Source: an uncultured Pelagibacteraceae bacterium (GTDB taxonomy: Bacteria > Pseudomonadota > Alphaproteobacteria > Pelagibacterales > AG-422-B15). From it: a stretch of DNA of 64,000 nucleotides. Under the pieces are notes generated by a model, which made no database searches, was not told the origin of the DNA, and saw nothing but the letters and a program-made list of their open reading frames with translations. Position numbers and translations under genes: made by a program. Shown here in pieces: positions 46,352 through 55,631 of this stretch (positions are counted from its first letter, which is position 1; every line of letters begins with the position of its first letter). Where the stretch lies: the NCBI GenBank assembly GCA_902564025.1, contig CACEZK010000002.1, positions 15,227 through 79,226 on the forward strand, in the 5' to 3' direction.

Positions 46352-49120
46352 ATGGTCAATCCAATAAAAAAATTATTTATAGTTTTCATATGTTTGGCGT
46401 TCGTTGCTTGTGCGCGATCTCCAAAAGTAATTGATTCAGAGTCATTAAGCATTTCAATTGCTGAAGAAATTGCCGAACTAGAAATTGATGCATCTTTAAA
46501 AAATATTGATTTGCATACTGCAATTGCAATTGCAGTTAGAAACAATCGCGACTTAAGGATAAGTGTGATGGAATCCGCATTGGCAAATAGACAGAGGGAT
46601 CTTCAGAAATTTGATATGCTTCCAGATATAGCACTTACTGCAGGTTATTCAGAATTTACAGAACTACAACCATCTACGAGTAAGAGTGTTCTGCTTGATA
46701 CCGGTTCTGCCCCACCACTTGATGGGACAGAGAGTTATACAATTTCAAGGGATAAAATTCAGGAAACCAGAGGAATCGAATTTACCTGGAATGCTCTTGA
46801 CTTTGGCCTGTCATACATAAGGGCTGGTCAACAAGCTGACAGATATTTAATTGCTAAAGAATTAGAAAGAAAAGCAGTTCAAAACATTACTCGAGATATC
46901 ATCAGATCATACTGGAAAGCTCAAGCATCAGAAAACCTTCTTAATAAGCTTAATCCCCTATTAAAAAGAGTTGATGATGCCCTCGCAGACTCACAATACA
47001 TAGAAGAATTGCTGATTTCAGCGCCAATGGACTCATTGCTATATCAAAAAGAATTGTTAGATGTTCAACGAACACTACAAACTCAACAACGAGCACTAAT
47101 TAATTCTAAAAACGAATTGGCTGCATTAATGGGATTGTTACCAAACCAAAAATTCACGCTAACTGATAATGAGTCATATTTAACAAATTTAAGTATGGAT
47201 ATTCAAACAATGGAGGAAATAGCACTTATTTCAAGACCTGAGTTGATGGAAAGCAGATATCAAAAAAGAATTTCAAGCAAGGATACACGCGCGGCTATGT
47301 TAGCCCTAATTCCAAGTTTAAAATTTAATGCGGCTTATGGTTACACGGATAATGACTACTTGATGAACCAAGATACTACTGAGTACGGAGCATCAATTGG
47401 AGGTAATTTATTTGATATTTTTTCTGTCGGTGCAACAAGAAAAGCTTCAAAAGCAAATCAAGAATTGATTGCAGAAAGACATTTAGCAATAGCTATGACA
47501 GTTCTTTCACAAGTTCATTTATCAAACATCAATTACGATTTAGCAATCGAGGAATATGATACTGCACAAAGATATTTGGACGTAGCACGAAGAATTAGTA
47601 AGCAAGTTCAGAATGCTCAAAAAGTATCAAGATTTGGTGAGCTTGAAGTGATCAGAGAAGAAGCAAGTCTATTAGTAGCAGAATTAAGGAAAGATTTAGC
47701 ATTTTCAGAAATGCAGCATAGTATTGGTCAGATTTACGCATCAATTGGTAAAGATATACTGCCTGAAAATCATCAAAACCTTTCAATTGAAGATCTAGGC
47801 AATAGCATTAAAGCCAATTTAGCTGAGTGGGGCGTAACTTATCAAGCTGCAGTCAATATTCCTTTAAATGATCAAAACCCGCAACTTATAGTCATTACAG
47901 ACCCTATAAATACAAAACAATCCAGCAACAAATTTAAGATATCTAAAAATACATTTAATATTACTGGTCCAGGTAAATTAAGATACTCGGTAACGCAACA
48001 AGACGGCAGTGATTTGCCTCGATGGCTTGCATTCCTAACGTCAGACTTATCGATAGTTGGTAACCCGCCAGAGGATGTATCAGGTATAAAACTAAAAATC
48101 TCTGTTGCTAATGCTCTGGTTTCTGCAGAGGACAAATTCATTTTGAAATTTGTTGATGAAGAAACATATCTTGCAAATGAAAGTCAGAAGGCAAGTGAAG
48201 AATTAGCGCAAATGAGCAAATTGAGCAACGAAAATAATGAAGGTTTACCCGTTGAGCAGGTGGAAGATACGATTGAGACAACAGCAATTGACGAAGCAAT
48301 GGAAGCTGAAGAAAATATACCTGAGCCAATGGAAACAGAATATGAGTTTAGTAATGTATCAGCTGAGGATTTAAATAATCTTTTAGATTCAGTTGATCAG
48401 CTACTTGAGGGGTCGCTTGACCAATTGAACAATGAACAGGCCGCACTAGAGTTTAATAATCAAGTTTTTGATGAAAGTGTTGATGCTAATACTACTAACG
48501 AAGCTGAAGAAAATAATATTTTGCCAACAAAAAAAATTATTCAAGAAAACGAACAGCTTATAGCTGACAATAAGGAACTGCTCTCTGAAGCAACTGAAGC
48601 AAAAGAAGAATTAGCTCGATTAATTGAAGAAAATAAACAAAAAGAATTAGAAGATATAAAGGCTCAAGAAGAGCTTGAAGAAAAGTTAGCTAAAGAGGCT
48701 GAAGAGGCGTTGGCAAACTTGAATGAACTTATGGATACAAGTATTGACGCTGAAACTAATTCATTCAGCGCTCAAGCGAGTGAAGCAACAGATTTATCTG
48801 ATAATAATATCTCAAATGGTTCATCAAATGCAGAGTATGCATATATTAAGATCGGATCGTATAAACGTGGAAACTCGGCGAATAGCCTAATGAATTACGT
48901 ATACGATTTAATGGGCTTTGATACCCGTTTCCTCAAATACGATATTAATGTAGAAAAATTTAACAAAAATGACTTCTCAGTAGTAATTGGCCCAGTTCCA
49001 ATGGTTGAGGCTAAATCGATGCTAGAAGAACTTGATACTCAATTAAGTTCAGAAAATACCTCAATTGTTGATGCTGAACTAACTTGTAATGAAGAAGTCA
49101 TTTTAATGTGCTCAATTTAA
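46352..49120 (+). CDS. TolC-like outer-membrane channel lipoprotein fused to a cadherin-like module, an acidic coiled-coil linker and a SPOR-like domain
   Basis: 922 aa. Lipobox LAFVAC. aa ~50-470 has two OEP-type repeats (LHTAIAIAVRNNRDLR..., ISRPELMESRYQ...). aa ~525-600 LRYSVTQQDGSDLPRWLAF...GNPPEDVSGIKLKISV. aa ~600-810 is E/D/N-rich. aa ~828-897 YAYIKIGSYKRGNSANSL...FSVVIGPVPMVEAKSMLEEL (SPOR-like pattern). Confidence 0.78.
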   Translation: MVNPIKKLFIVFICLAFVACARSPKVIDSESLSISIAEEIAELEIDASLKNIDLHTAIAIAVRNNRDLRISVMESALANRQRDLQKFDMLPDIALTAGYSEFTELQPSTSKSVLLDTGSAPPLDGTESYTISRDKIQETRGIEFTWNALDFGLSYIRAGQQADRYLIAKELERKAVQNITRDIIRSYWKAQASENLLNKLNPLLKRVDDALADSQYIEELLISAPMDSLLYQKELLDVQRTLQTQQRALINSKNELAALMGLLPNQKFTLTDNESYLTNLSMDIQTMEEIALISRPELMESRYQKRISSKDTRAAMLALIPSLKFNAAYGYTDNDYLMNQDTTEYGASIGGNLFDIFSVGATRKASKANQELIAERHLAIAMTVLSQVHLSNINYDLAIEEYDTAQRYLDVARRISKQVQNAQKVSRFGELEVIREEASLLVAELRKDLAFSEMQHSIGQIYASIGKDILPENHQNLSIEDLGNSIKANLAEWGVTYQAAVNIPLNDQNPQLIVITDPINTKQSSNKFKISKNTFNITGPGKLRYSVTQQDGSDLPRWLAFLTSDLSIVGNPPEDVSGIKLKISVANALVSAEDKFILKFVDEETYLANESQKASEELAQMSKLSNENNEGLPVEQVEDTIETTAIDEAMEAEENIPEPMETEYEFSNVSAEDLNNLLDSVDQLLEGSLDQLNNEQAALEFNNQVFDESVDANTTNEAEENNILPTKKIIQENEQLIADNKELLSEATEAKEELARLIEENKQKELEDIKAQEELEEKLAKEAEEALANLNELMDTSIDAETNSFSAQASEATDLSDNNISNGSSNAEYAYIKIGSYKRGNSANSLMNYVYDLMGFDTRFLKYDINVEKFNKNDFSVVIGPVPMVEAKSMLEELDTQLSSENTSIVDAELTCNEEVILMCSI

Positions 49121-50178
49121 TTCGTTAAATCTTCATAAATATTGAAATAAAAATTCATCATTTCAGTAAAAGTCAACTCTTTGTATTTCAAAAATACATC
49201 CACTTCTCCATTGAGTTTTGGGTAGTTAACACGATAAATACTTCTGCCTTTTTTCTCTAAATGTTTCAATTCAATTAATTTCTTACTAGACCGTCTAACG
49301 GTTTCACGCGGCATTTTTGCTGCCTCAGAAATTGAGGATAGATTTGTTGGAAGAAGATGTCCACTCTCGTATAGATCTTCTATGGAATTATATTTTAATA
49401 TACCGTGTCTGTTTTTAAAATACACAGCGGCTGAGAGTATTATGCGATCTGCTGGTAAAAGTGATTTATCGCTTCCTTCTAAAGTAAGAATTCTTACCCA
49501 GAAGTGGTATAAATGTAATCGTACTCTGTTCCATTTAGGCTGAGATAATTTTTTTGTATTGATTGAAGTTAGAGGCTTTAAATTGAAATTGATTTTAAAA
49601 TAATCTTCTAAATTTAATATGAAATCATTTAATGAGCGCATGACTGATTTATAGATATTACTTAATGAATTGGTAAATATATACGCCTGATAGGCGTCAA
49701 AATTTACAAGATATCCATATTTTGGGTCTTTAGTTATTAAATCACTTTCTAAAACTGAATTTAAGTATCTTCTCATACTTTCTTTTGGAATATTGAAATG
49801 AGTTGAAAGTGAAATAATGGTAATTTTTTTGCCAATGAATTTACTAAACGATGACTGATAAATTGAGTCATTAAGAAAATCCTCTGGATGCATTGCTAAT
49901 ATTTCATTTCTATGTTCTTTGAATAAATTTTCATCATGATATGCGTTTGTAAATGAAAAAAGTATTACAAAAGATAAAATGGCAATTACTTCATCTTGCA
50001 GCCTTTGATCTTTTGTAATCCAACCTGTTGGGCTATCTTCCCAATCTGACGGTTCGTGAATAAATAGATTTTGATGACGAGAAAGTTGAATTAACAATAA
50101 TAGAGCGAGTTGGTCATTGTCCAACTTTAAAGTGTGCTCAATTACAGAGTCTTTAATTTTTTTTAAATTAGAATCCAT
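49117..50178 (-). CDS. Hypothetical protein with two winged-helix-like DNA-binding segments
   Basis: 353 aa. FNIPKESMRRYLNSVLESDLITKDPKYGYLVN and ISEAAKMPRETVRRSSKKLIELKHLEKKGRSIYRVN resemble wHTH modules. No family recognised. Confidence 0.45.
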   Translation of the reverse strand: MDSNLKKIKDSVIEHTLKLDNDQLALLLLIQLSRHQNLFIHEPSDWEDSPTGWITKDQRLQDEVIAILSFVILFSFTNAYHDENLFKEHRNEILAMHPEDFLNDSIYQSSFSKFIGKKITIISLSTHFNIPKESMRRYLNSVLESDLITKDPKYGYLVNFDAYQAYIFTNSLSNIYKSVMRSLNDFILNLEDYFKINFNLKPLTSINTKKLSQPKWNRVRLHLYHFWVRILTLEGSDKSLLPADRIILSAAVYFKNRHGILKYNSIEDLYESGHLLPTNLSSISEAAKMPRETVRRSSKKLIELKHLEKKGRSIYRVNYPKLNGEVDVFLKYKELTFTEMMNFYFNIYEDLTN

Positions 50179-50247
50179 TTTTAATTATACCCAATATGGG
50201 TTTTTTGCTCAAATATCAATAAACATTTACCTATTGAATAATCATCA

Positions 50248-51588
50248 ATGCTGCGCATAATTCTTCCAATGGGAAAAAGCTTAGAAAAAATTGCAAAACA
50301 AAAGAAAATCAAATATTTCCTAGTCACATTTGTTGATCTTTTTGGAGTGCAAAGGGCGAAACTCGTGCCAACTCGAGCTATTGGAGAAATGCAGAAAACA
50401 GGCGCGGGCTTTGGCGGATTTGCAACATATTTGGATCTTTCATTTTCTGAACCTGATATGTTTGCATTGCCTGACCCAGATAGCCTCATTCAATTACCCT
50501 GGCAACCTGACGTTGGCTGGTTGGCAAGTGACCTGGTCATGAATAATAAATTCATGGACCAATGTCCTCGTGTGATTTTAAAAAACCAAATTAATAATCT
50601 AGAAAAGTTGAACCTTAAAATGATGACCGGGGTTGAATGTGAGTTTTTTATTTTAAATGAAGATGGCAGTGAAGTCGCTGACACTCGCGATGATGCTTTA
50701 AAGCCTTGCTATGATGTGGCCGCTTTAATGAGACGCTTCGATGTATTAAGCGAAATTTGTGACTCCATGATTAAGTTGGGTTGGAACCCTTATCAAAATG
50801 ACCACGAAGATGCTAATGGTCAGTTTGAAATGAATTGGGATTATACTGACTGCCTAACCACAGCAGATCGTCATGTATTTTTCAAGTTTATGGTAAAATC
50901 TATAGCTGAAAAGCACGGGTTGAGAGCAACATTTATGCCTAAGCCATTTACTCAATTAACAGGCAATGGTTGTCATGCACATGTTTCTATATGGGATAAA
51001 AAAAAGGAAAAAAACTTATTTCATGACTCTTCTGAACAGTTAGGCCTATCAAAAATGGGTTATCAATTCATTGGCGGTATTATGAAATCAGTAGACTCAT
51101 TTGCTGCATGGCTGAATCCGTGTCTAAACAGTTATGAGCGATTGAATGCAAAAACAACAAACTCTGGATCAACATACTCTCCCACTGCTGTGACATATTC
51201 TGGAAATAATCGCACACACATGATTAGAATTCCAGCTGAAGGACGGTTTGAGTTTCGAGCTGCAGATGGTGCTGTTAACCCTTACTTGCTTCAATCAGGT
51301 ATTATAGCAATGGGTTTGGATGGATTAAAAAATAAACACAGCCCTGGAAAACGGCTTGATATAAATATGTATACACAGGGTCACAAGCTTAAAAGGGTTA
51401 AAAAGCTACCTAACAGCCTGGAACAAGCTCTAAAAAAATTCAATAATGATGCTGTTGTTAGAAAATCAATTGGTACAAAAGTTGTATCAAAGTACCTAAA
51501 ATTGAAGAAAAGAGAATTAAAGGAATTTAGTCAAGTAAGTGAAGCAAACAAAGCAAGCTGGATGCGTAAAAATATAATTGATTGTTAA
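50248..51588 (+). CDS. Glutamine synthetase-family ligase (PuuA/GmaS-like gamma-glutamyl-amine synthetase candidate)
   Basis: 446 aa. GVECEFF, GNGCHAHVSIW, NSYERL and R.P..GRFEFR motifs of the GS catalytic domain. The start could instead be the Met at 50269. Confidence 0.85.
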   Translation: MLRIILPMGKSLEKIAKQKKIKYFLVTFVDLFGVQRAKLVPTRAIGEMQKTGAGFGGFATYLDLSFSEPDMFALPDPDSLIQLPWQPDVGWLASDLVMNNKFMDQCPRVILKNQINNLEKLNLKMMTGVECEFFILNEDGSEVADTRDDALKPCYDVAALMRRFDVLSEICDSMIKLGWNPYQNDHEDANGQFEMNWDYTDCLTTADRHVFFKFMVKSIAEKHGLRATFMPKPFTQLTGNGCHAHVSIWDKKKEKNLFHDSSEQLGLSKMGYQFIGGIMKSVDSFAAWLNPCLNSYERLNAKTTNSGSTYSPTAVTYSGNNRTHMIRIPAEGRFEFRAADGAVNPYLLQSGIIAMGLDGLKNKHSPGKRLDINMYTQGHKLKRVKKLPNSLEQALKKFNNDAVVRKSIGTKVVSKYLKLKKRELKEFSQVSEANKASWMRKNIIDC

Positions 51589-51590
51589 AT

Positions 51591-52190
51591 TTATTTTGTA
51601 CCTAAAACGGTGGCTACCAAGTGAATTCTATCCTCTTCACCTCCATTAATAGCTGTGTGATATTTAGTGTTATCAGTTAAATAAATATTTCCATCAGCAG
51701 GAATGTGATGGCCAGTATGTTCAATGAACATTCGAGCTCCGTAGTTGGTTTTGATTGCAATATGAAGTCTTCTTTCAGGATCTCTATGCCAGCTTAAAGT
51801 GGTGCGTGGTGGCATCTTAATCACACGACATCTGCCTATATCAAAAAACTCATTTATTTTTTCATATACATACTTGAAGTAAGTATTGTTTAATTTTGGG
51901 TTAAAGAGCGTATACCTTGTTTCATCAATGTATGGCTCTCTCTCCATTTCTTCAAATGAAGAGTCTGGTTTTGTCCAATATTTACCCCTAATATTGCCAC
52001 CAAACCATTCATCCAGCTCTTTCTCATCATAATTAAGACAAATAGCATTTGATTTAAGCATGCCTGGTTTTTGTTCAGAATTTTCGAAAGGTCTGATCTT
52101 TATCAAATCGCTAACAGCTTCATTTAATTTATCAACATCAAATGAGATGTTCTCAAGTCTTTCGATATATTGGTTAATTGGCGTGTACAT
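51591..52190 (-). CDS. Cupin-fold protein, aspartyl/asparaginyl beta-hydroxylase-like
   Basis: 199 aa. LSWHRDPERRLHIAIKTN ... TKYHTAINGGEEDRIHL resembles the H-x-D...H 2OG/Fe(II) cupin pattern of that family. Confidence 0.45.
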   Translation of the reverse strand: MYTPINQYIERLENISFDVDKLNEAVSDLIKIRPFENSEQKPGMLKSNAICLNYDEKELDEWFGGNIRGKYWTKPDSSFEEMEREPYIDETRYTLFNPKLNNTYFKYVYEKINEFFDIGRCRVIKMPPRTTLSWHRDPERRLHIAIKTNYGARMFIEHTGHHIPADGNIYLTDNTKYHTAINGGEEDRIHLVATVLGTK

Positions 52191-52382
52191 ATTTTTTGTT
52201 AGTATCCAAATTCAATATAGTATTTTCTATGATAATTAAAAGATCTACAGAGAATGAACCATGCTTAAATTGTCGCAGTTTTTTCCTCAAAATAGAGGAA
52301 ATTAGGTAAAAATTGCAATTTATTTGTTTGCATTGAACCCTTGGTAAGAGATAAGTAAGAGTTATAACTCAAAAGCTGATTT

Positions 52383-53354
52383 ATGAATTATAGAATCGAT
52401 AATCTTCAGTATTGTAATTGGAATGAAGATATATTTAAGATTAACAGGCAAGCAAAATTAGATGCCGTTCATGTCACAATTGCATATCATGAAGACTATG
52501 ATGAAGTTCAAAAAAATATTGACGAATGGGACACTTATTTTGAGAAATTCAATGAATTAATATTTCACGGTAAGTCATATGAAGATATCGAGAGAGCTAA
52601 TGAGGAAAATAAGACTGCTATTTTTTTTGGTTTTCAAAACTGCTCACCAATAGAGGATGATATAAGTTTGGTTGATGCTGTTCACAAAATGGGAACAGTA
52701 TTTATGCAATTAACTTACAATAATCAGTCTTTATTAGCTACAGGTTGCTATGAAGAAAATGACAGTGGCGTTACTAGAATGGGAAAAGAAGTTATTAAAG
52801 AAATGAATCGTGTTGGAATTATAGTTGATATGTCACACTCAGCAGAAAAATCTACTTTGGATGCAATTGAAATTTCTGATAAGCCAATTGCCATAACACA
52901 TGCCAACCCTTCTTTCTGGCATGAGGCAAAAAGAAATAAATCTGAGACATTACTCAGAGAATTGAGTCAATCAAATGGAATGATTGGACTCTCACTTTAC
53001 CCCCATCATCTGTCGAACGGCACAAATTGTACTCTTGAGAGTTTTTGTGAAATGGTTGCCCGAACTGCAGACATTATGGGAGCAGAACACATTGGTATTG
53101 GATCTGATTTATGCTTAAATCAACCTGACTCAGTGGTAGATTGGATGCGAAACGGAACTTGGACTAAAACAAAAGATTATGGCGAAGGCTCAAGAGATAA
53201 TGCAGCTTTTCCAAAACAGCCAGAATGGTTCAAAAATGCTACTGGCTTTGACAATATTGAGAATGGATTAGAAAGTGTAGGGTTTAATAAAGATGAGACA
53301 AATGGCATCTTAGGCAATAATTGGTTTAATTTTTATAAAAACTATATTGGTTAA
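52383..53354 (+). CDS. M19 (renal/membrane dipeptidase) family metallohydrolase
   Basis: 323 aa. VHVTIAYHE, VDMSHSAEKST, ITHANP and IGIGSDL motifs. Confidence 0.82.
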   Translation: MNYRIDNLQYCNWNEDIFKINRQAKLDAVHVTIAYHEDYDEVQKNIDEWDTYFEKFNELIFHGKSYEDIERANEENKTAIFFGFQNCSPIEDDISLVDAVHKMGTVFMQLTYNNQSLLATGCYEENDSGVTRMGKEVIKEMNRVGIIVDMSHSAEKSTLDAIEISDKPIAITHANPSFWHEAKRNKSETLLRELSQSNGMIGLSLYPHHLSNGTNCTLESFCEMVARTADIMGAEHIGIGSDLCLNQPDSVVDWMRNGTWTKTKDYGEGSRDNAAFPKQPEWFKNATGFDNIENGLESVGFNKDETNGILGNNWFNFYKNYIG

Positions 53355-55014
53355 TATTATGACAATTAAAGTTCAGCACAGAGATCCAAACCAAATTATG
53401 AAGCTCAGTCGATTAGGTTGTTTCCATCAATCTAAGCTATCATTTTTAAGAAGTTTTGTAAGAGAGTTTAAGAATTGGGAGTTTAAAAACGAGATCTTTG
53501 AGCTTGATAAAGATGGTTATGGAACTGCTGTATATTCTGTTTCAAATGAGGAACGCACATACTCTCTTGTATGCTTTGCAAACAAATTAGATGACACTGA
53601 AAGATCTGATCGAGTGATAGCCACTAAATGGGATGCAGCATTCGTAATTCATGATGGACTTCCTAGTAAGGATGATATTGAAAGACTTCGTGAAAATGTT
53701 CCAAAACAAGAAGTGGGAAGATGTTCATTTAAGGAACTTGCTTTATCAAGGGCAAATCGCTCCTTAAGAGTTTTTAACCATGTAATTGATAGCCTATCAA
53801 ATGGAATTCAACCCAACAAAAAACTACTTTCTGAAGTAGGCTACTTATATAGAACCACTGCAGTTTATGGATCAGGTAAATTTGGATTAGCAGATAGATA
53901 TAGAATTAAAGATCGTGATGAAATAAATGGTCCATTTAGAATTGAAATGATGCTTGTTTATTTGGTTCGTCAGTTTACGTTTGATCAAGTTAATCACATT
54001 GCTCATAAAAAAAATCCTAATAAATCTGTTAAACTAGACCTTGAATTGTCCAGGCAACTTGGTATTGGCAACTCAACTGGGCTTGGAATGGCTCCCTTTA
54101 TTATTAATCATCCAGCTCTCCTACATCAATGGATTTATGTGAGAGAGGAAGCTTTAAAGCAAATTAGAGAAATTAAAAATGTATCAATCGGTGATATTGA
54201 AATATTTAAAAAATTCTTAGAACTTTCAAAGAAAAATATAAAATATTGGAATACAGATAGCAAATATCAAAATATAAAGATTACTCAATTAAAAGAAGAT
54301 ATTAAAAAATTTGAGGAGAACTATCTCTGCAATGTAACTTTTGATGAAGAATATTTTTGGAATGAAATGTATAAGTGGGTTGAGAAGAATTTAACTCATG
54401 AGGGCGTAGAGTACATAGTTTCTCTCATGATGGAACCATACGATAACATTATTAATTTACTAGTTCCTCAAATGAGTTCAGATGAAGATCAATATTTTTA
54501 TATACCTACAAATAGAAGCACAGATCAATTAAAATCATCAATTGAAAAATCTTATCCAGATATAATTAGAATGGACTTCTCAATTGATAAAAGTAATGAA
54601 AATTTTTGGTATATTTCAAAAAATAAGGAGGAGCCTCGACTGGCACGTCGCTTTGATGAGCCGGGATCGGAATTAGAGCAACCTCTAGCAATTGCGAGAG
54701 ATATTAAAGAACTTCATGCAAGATTATCATCTTATAAAAATAAAGAACTATCTAAATTTTTAGAGGAAAATAGCGACCTAAGACATATTGTTAGAAGATG
54801 CCACATTGTCGAAAAGTTGCCTTATGCAGAAATTCAAGACAACTCCATTGGTTCAGAGCTGATGCCTATTGATATGCTAAGACTAAAATTATCTTTTTTT
54901 GGAGCCCAAAAATTTGATCCTCGATCAGACAAGTGGCTGAGAATTTGCATGTATCAGGGAGCACCATTGATGCACGAAATAAACAAATCAAATGACACAT
55001 GGATTTACAATTAA
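53347..55014 (+). CDS. Conserved hypothetical protein (555 aa), no recognisable domain
   Basis: Long uninterrupted ORF overlapping the M19 gene end by 8 nt and the next gene by 16 nt. Composition is typical of soluble proteins. Confidence 0.6.
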   Translation: MVNIMTIKVQHRDPNQIMKLSRLGCFHQSKLSFLRSFVREFKNWEFKNEIFELDKDGYGTAVYSVSNEERTYSLVCFANKLDDTERSDRVIATKWDAAFVIHDGLPSKDDIERLRENVPKQEVGRCSFKELALSRANRSLRVFNHVIDSLSNGIQPNKKLLSEVGYLYRTTAVYGSGKFGLADRYRIKDRDEINGPFRIEMMLVYLVRQFTFDQVNHIAHKKNPNKSVKLDLELSRQLGIGNSTGLGMAPFIINHPALLHQWIYVREEALKQIREIKNVSIGDIEIFKKFLELSKKNIKYWNTDSKYQNIKITQLKEDIKKFEENYLCNVTFDEEYFWNEMYKWVEKNLTHEGVEYIVSLMMEPYDNIINLLVPQMSSDEDQYFYIPTNRSTDQLKSSIEKSYPDIIRMDFSIDKSNENFWYISKNKEEPRLARRFDEPGSELEQPLAIARDIKELHARLSSYKNKELSKFLEENSDLRHIVRRCHIVEKLPYAEIQDNSIGSELMPIDMLRLKLSFFGAQKFDPRSDKWLRICMYQGAPLMHEINKSNDTWIYN

Positions 55015-55628
55015 TGCAATCATCAAGTGAAATTAATACCGTATCAAAGAGAGCTGCAAGAGCGGTTGGTTATTCGTGGGGAGTAGCTGAAGAAGTTGGA
55101 AAATGTATAAGTTCAATAGAGATGTTTGGAATTTCTGGAGTAGAAAATTTAAATAATTATTTTAAAACCATTAAAGACATTGAACCAGAAGGTCCAAAGC
55201 AAATTGAAAAAACTAATAAATTGAATGATAAAAGTCTCTGCCCTATCTATACAGGATTAAAATTAATTGATAACTACAAATCTGTAGATGGAATGAAAAC
55301 ATTAAAATTTATAAACCTGAATTATCCATTGTTACTTTTACCTTTCGTAAATAAACTTTCATATTTAATTGGTAAGAGAATTGAAATTTCTATTGATGAC
55401 ATCAATGCAGAATGCAATCTAAACACATGTGTACTTGCTGATCATCAAATCAAATCTTTAATTATTAAAAAAGCTAATACAGTGAAAATTAACATTTTAG
55501 AAAATGAAGATAGTTTTTCCAGCAAAACTTGGAATGAGCTATATGAAATATCAACAGAGACCTTTGTTGAGGAAACAGAACAATCAAAACAAACTGGGGC
55601 TGGGGCCGGTCTTCGCGATAACGATTAA
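54999..55628 (+). CDS. Hypothetical protein, DUF3726-like
   Basis: 209 aa. N-terminal ARAVGYSWGVAEEVGK pattern recalled from DUF3726. Translationally coupled to the upstream ORF. Confidence 0.45.
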   Translation: MDLQLMQSSSEINTVSKRAARAVGYSWGVAEEVGKCISSIEMFGISGVENLNNYFKTIKDIEPEGPKQIEKTNKLNDKSLCPIYTGLKLIDNYKSVDGMKTLKFINLNYPLLLLPFVNKLSYLIGKRIEISIDDINAECNLNTCVLADHQIKSLIIKKANTVKINILENEDSFSSKTWNELYEISTETFVEETEQSKQTGAGAGLRDND

Positions 55629-55631
55629 TAT

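Noticed and set aside
46174-46545. ORFs 46174-46434(+) and 46339-46545(-) in or over the divergent promoter and the TolC-like start
   Set aside because: They overlap the lipoprotein signal-peptide region of the 922-aa gene and have implausible composition. I also looked here for a small precursor-peptide gene (RiPP-like substrate for the PqqD/M50 protein) and saw none convincing.
34808-50250. Adhesin block as a tRNA-integrated genomic island with flanking direct repeats and an integrase
   Set aside because: No integrase or transposase gene is present, and I could not spot a repeat of the tRNA-like 3' half near 49-50 kb by eye. The higher GC of the adhesin gene is explained by its Thr/Gly/Asp/Ala-rich repeats. 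An island origin remains untested, not supported.
50181-50489. 102-aa minus-strand ORF overlapping the GS-like gene start
   Set aside because: It is antisense to a well-supported GS-family frame and has no recognisable features.
52281-52301. Small hairpin TTTCCTC-aaaata-GAGGAAA and TTGCAAT/TTGCATT half-sites upstream of the M19 gene as a riboswitch or operator
   Set aside because: It is too short and too AT-rich to distinguish from chance. No known riboswitch core sequence is recognisable.
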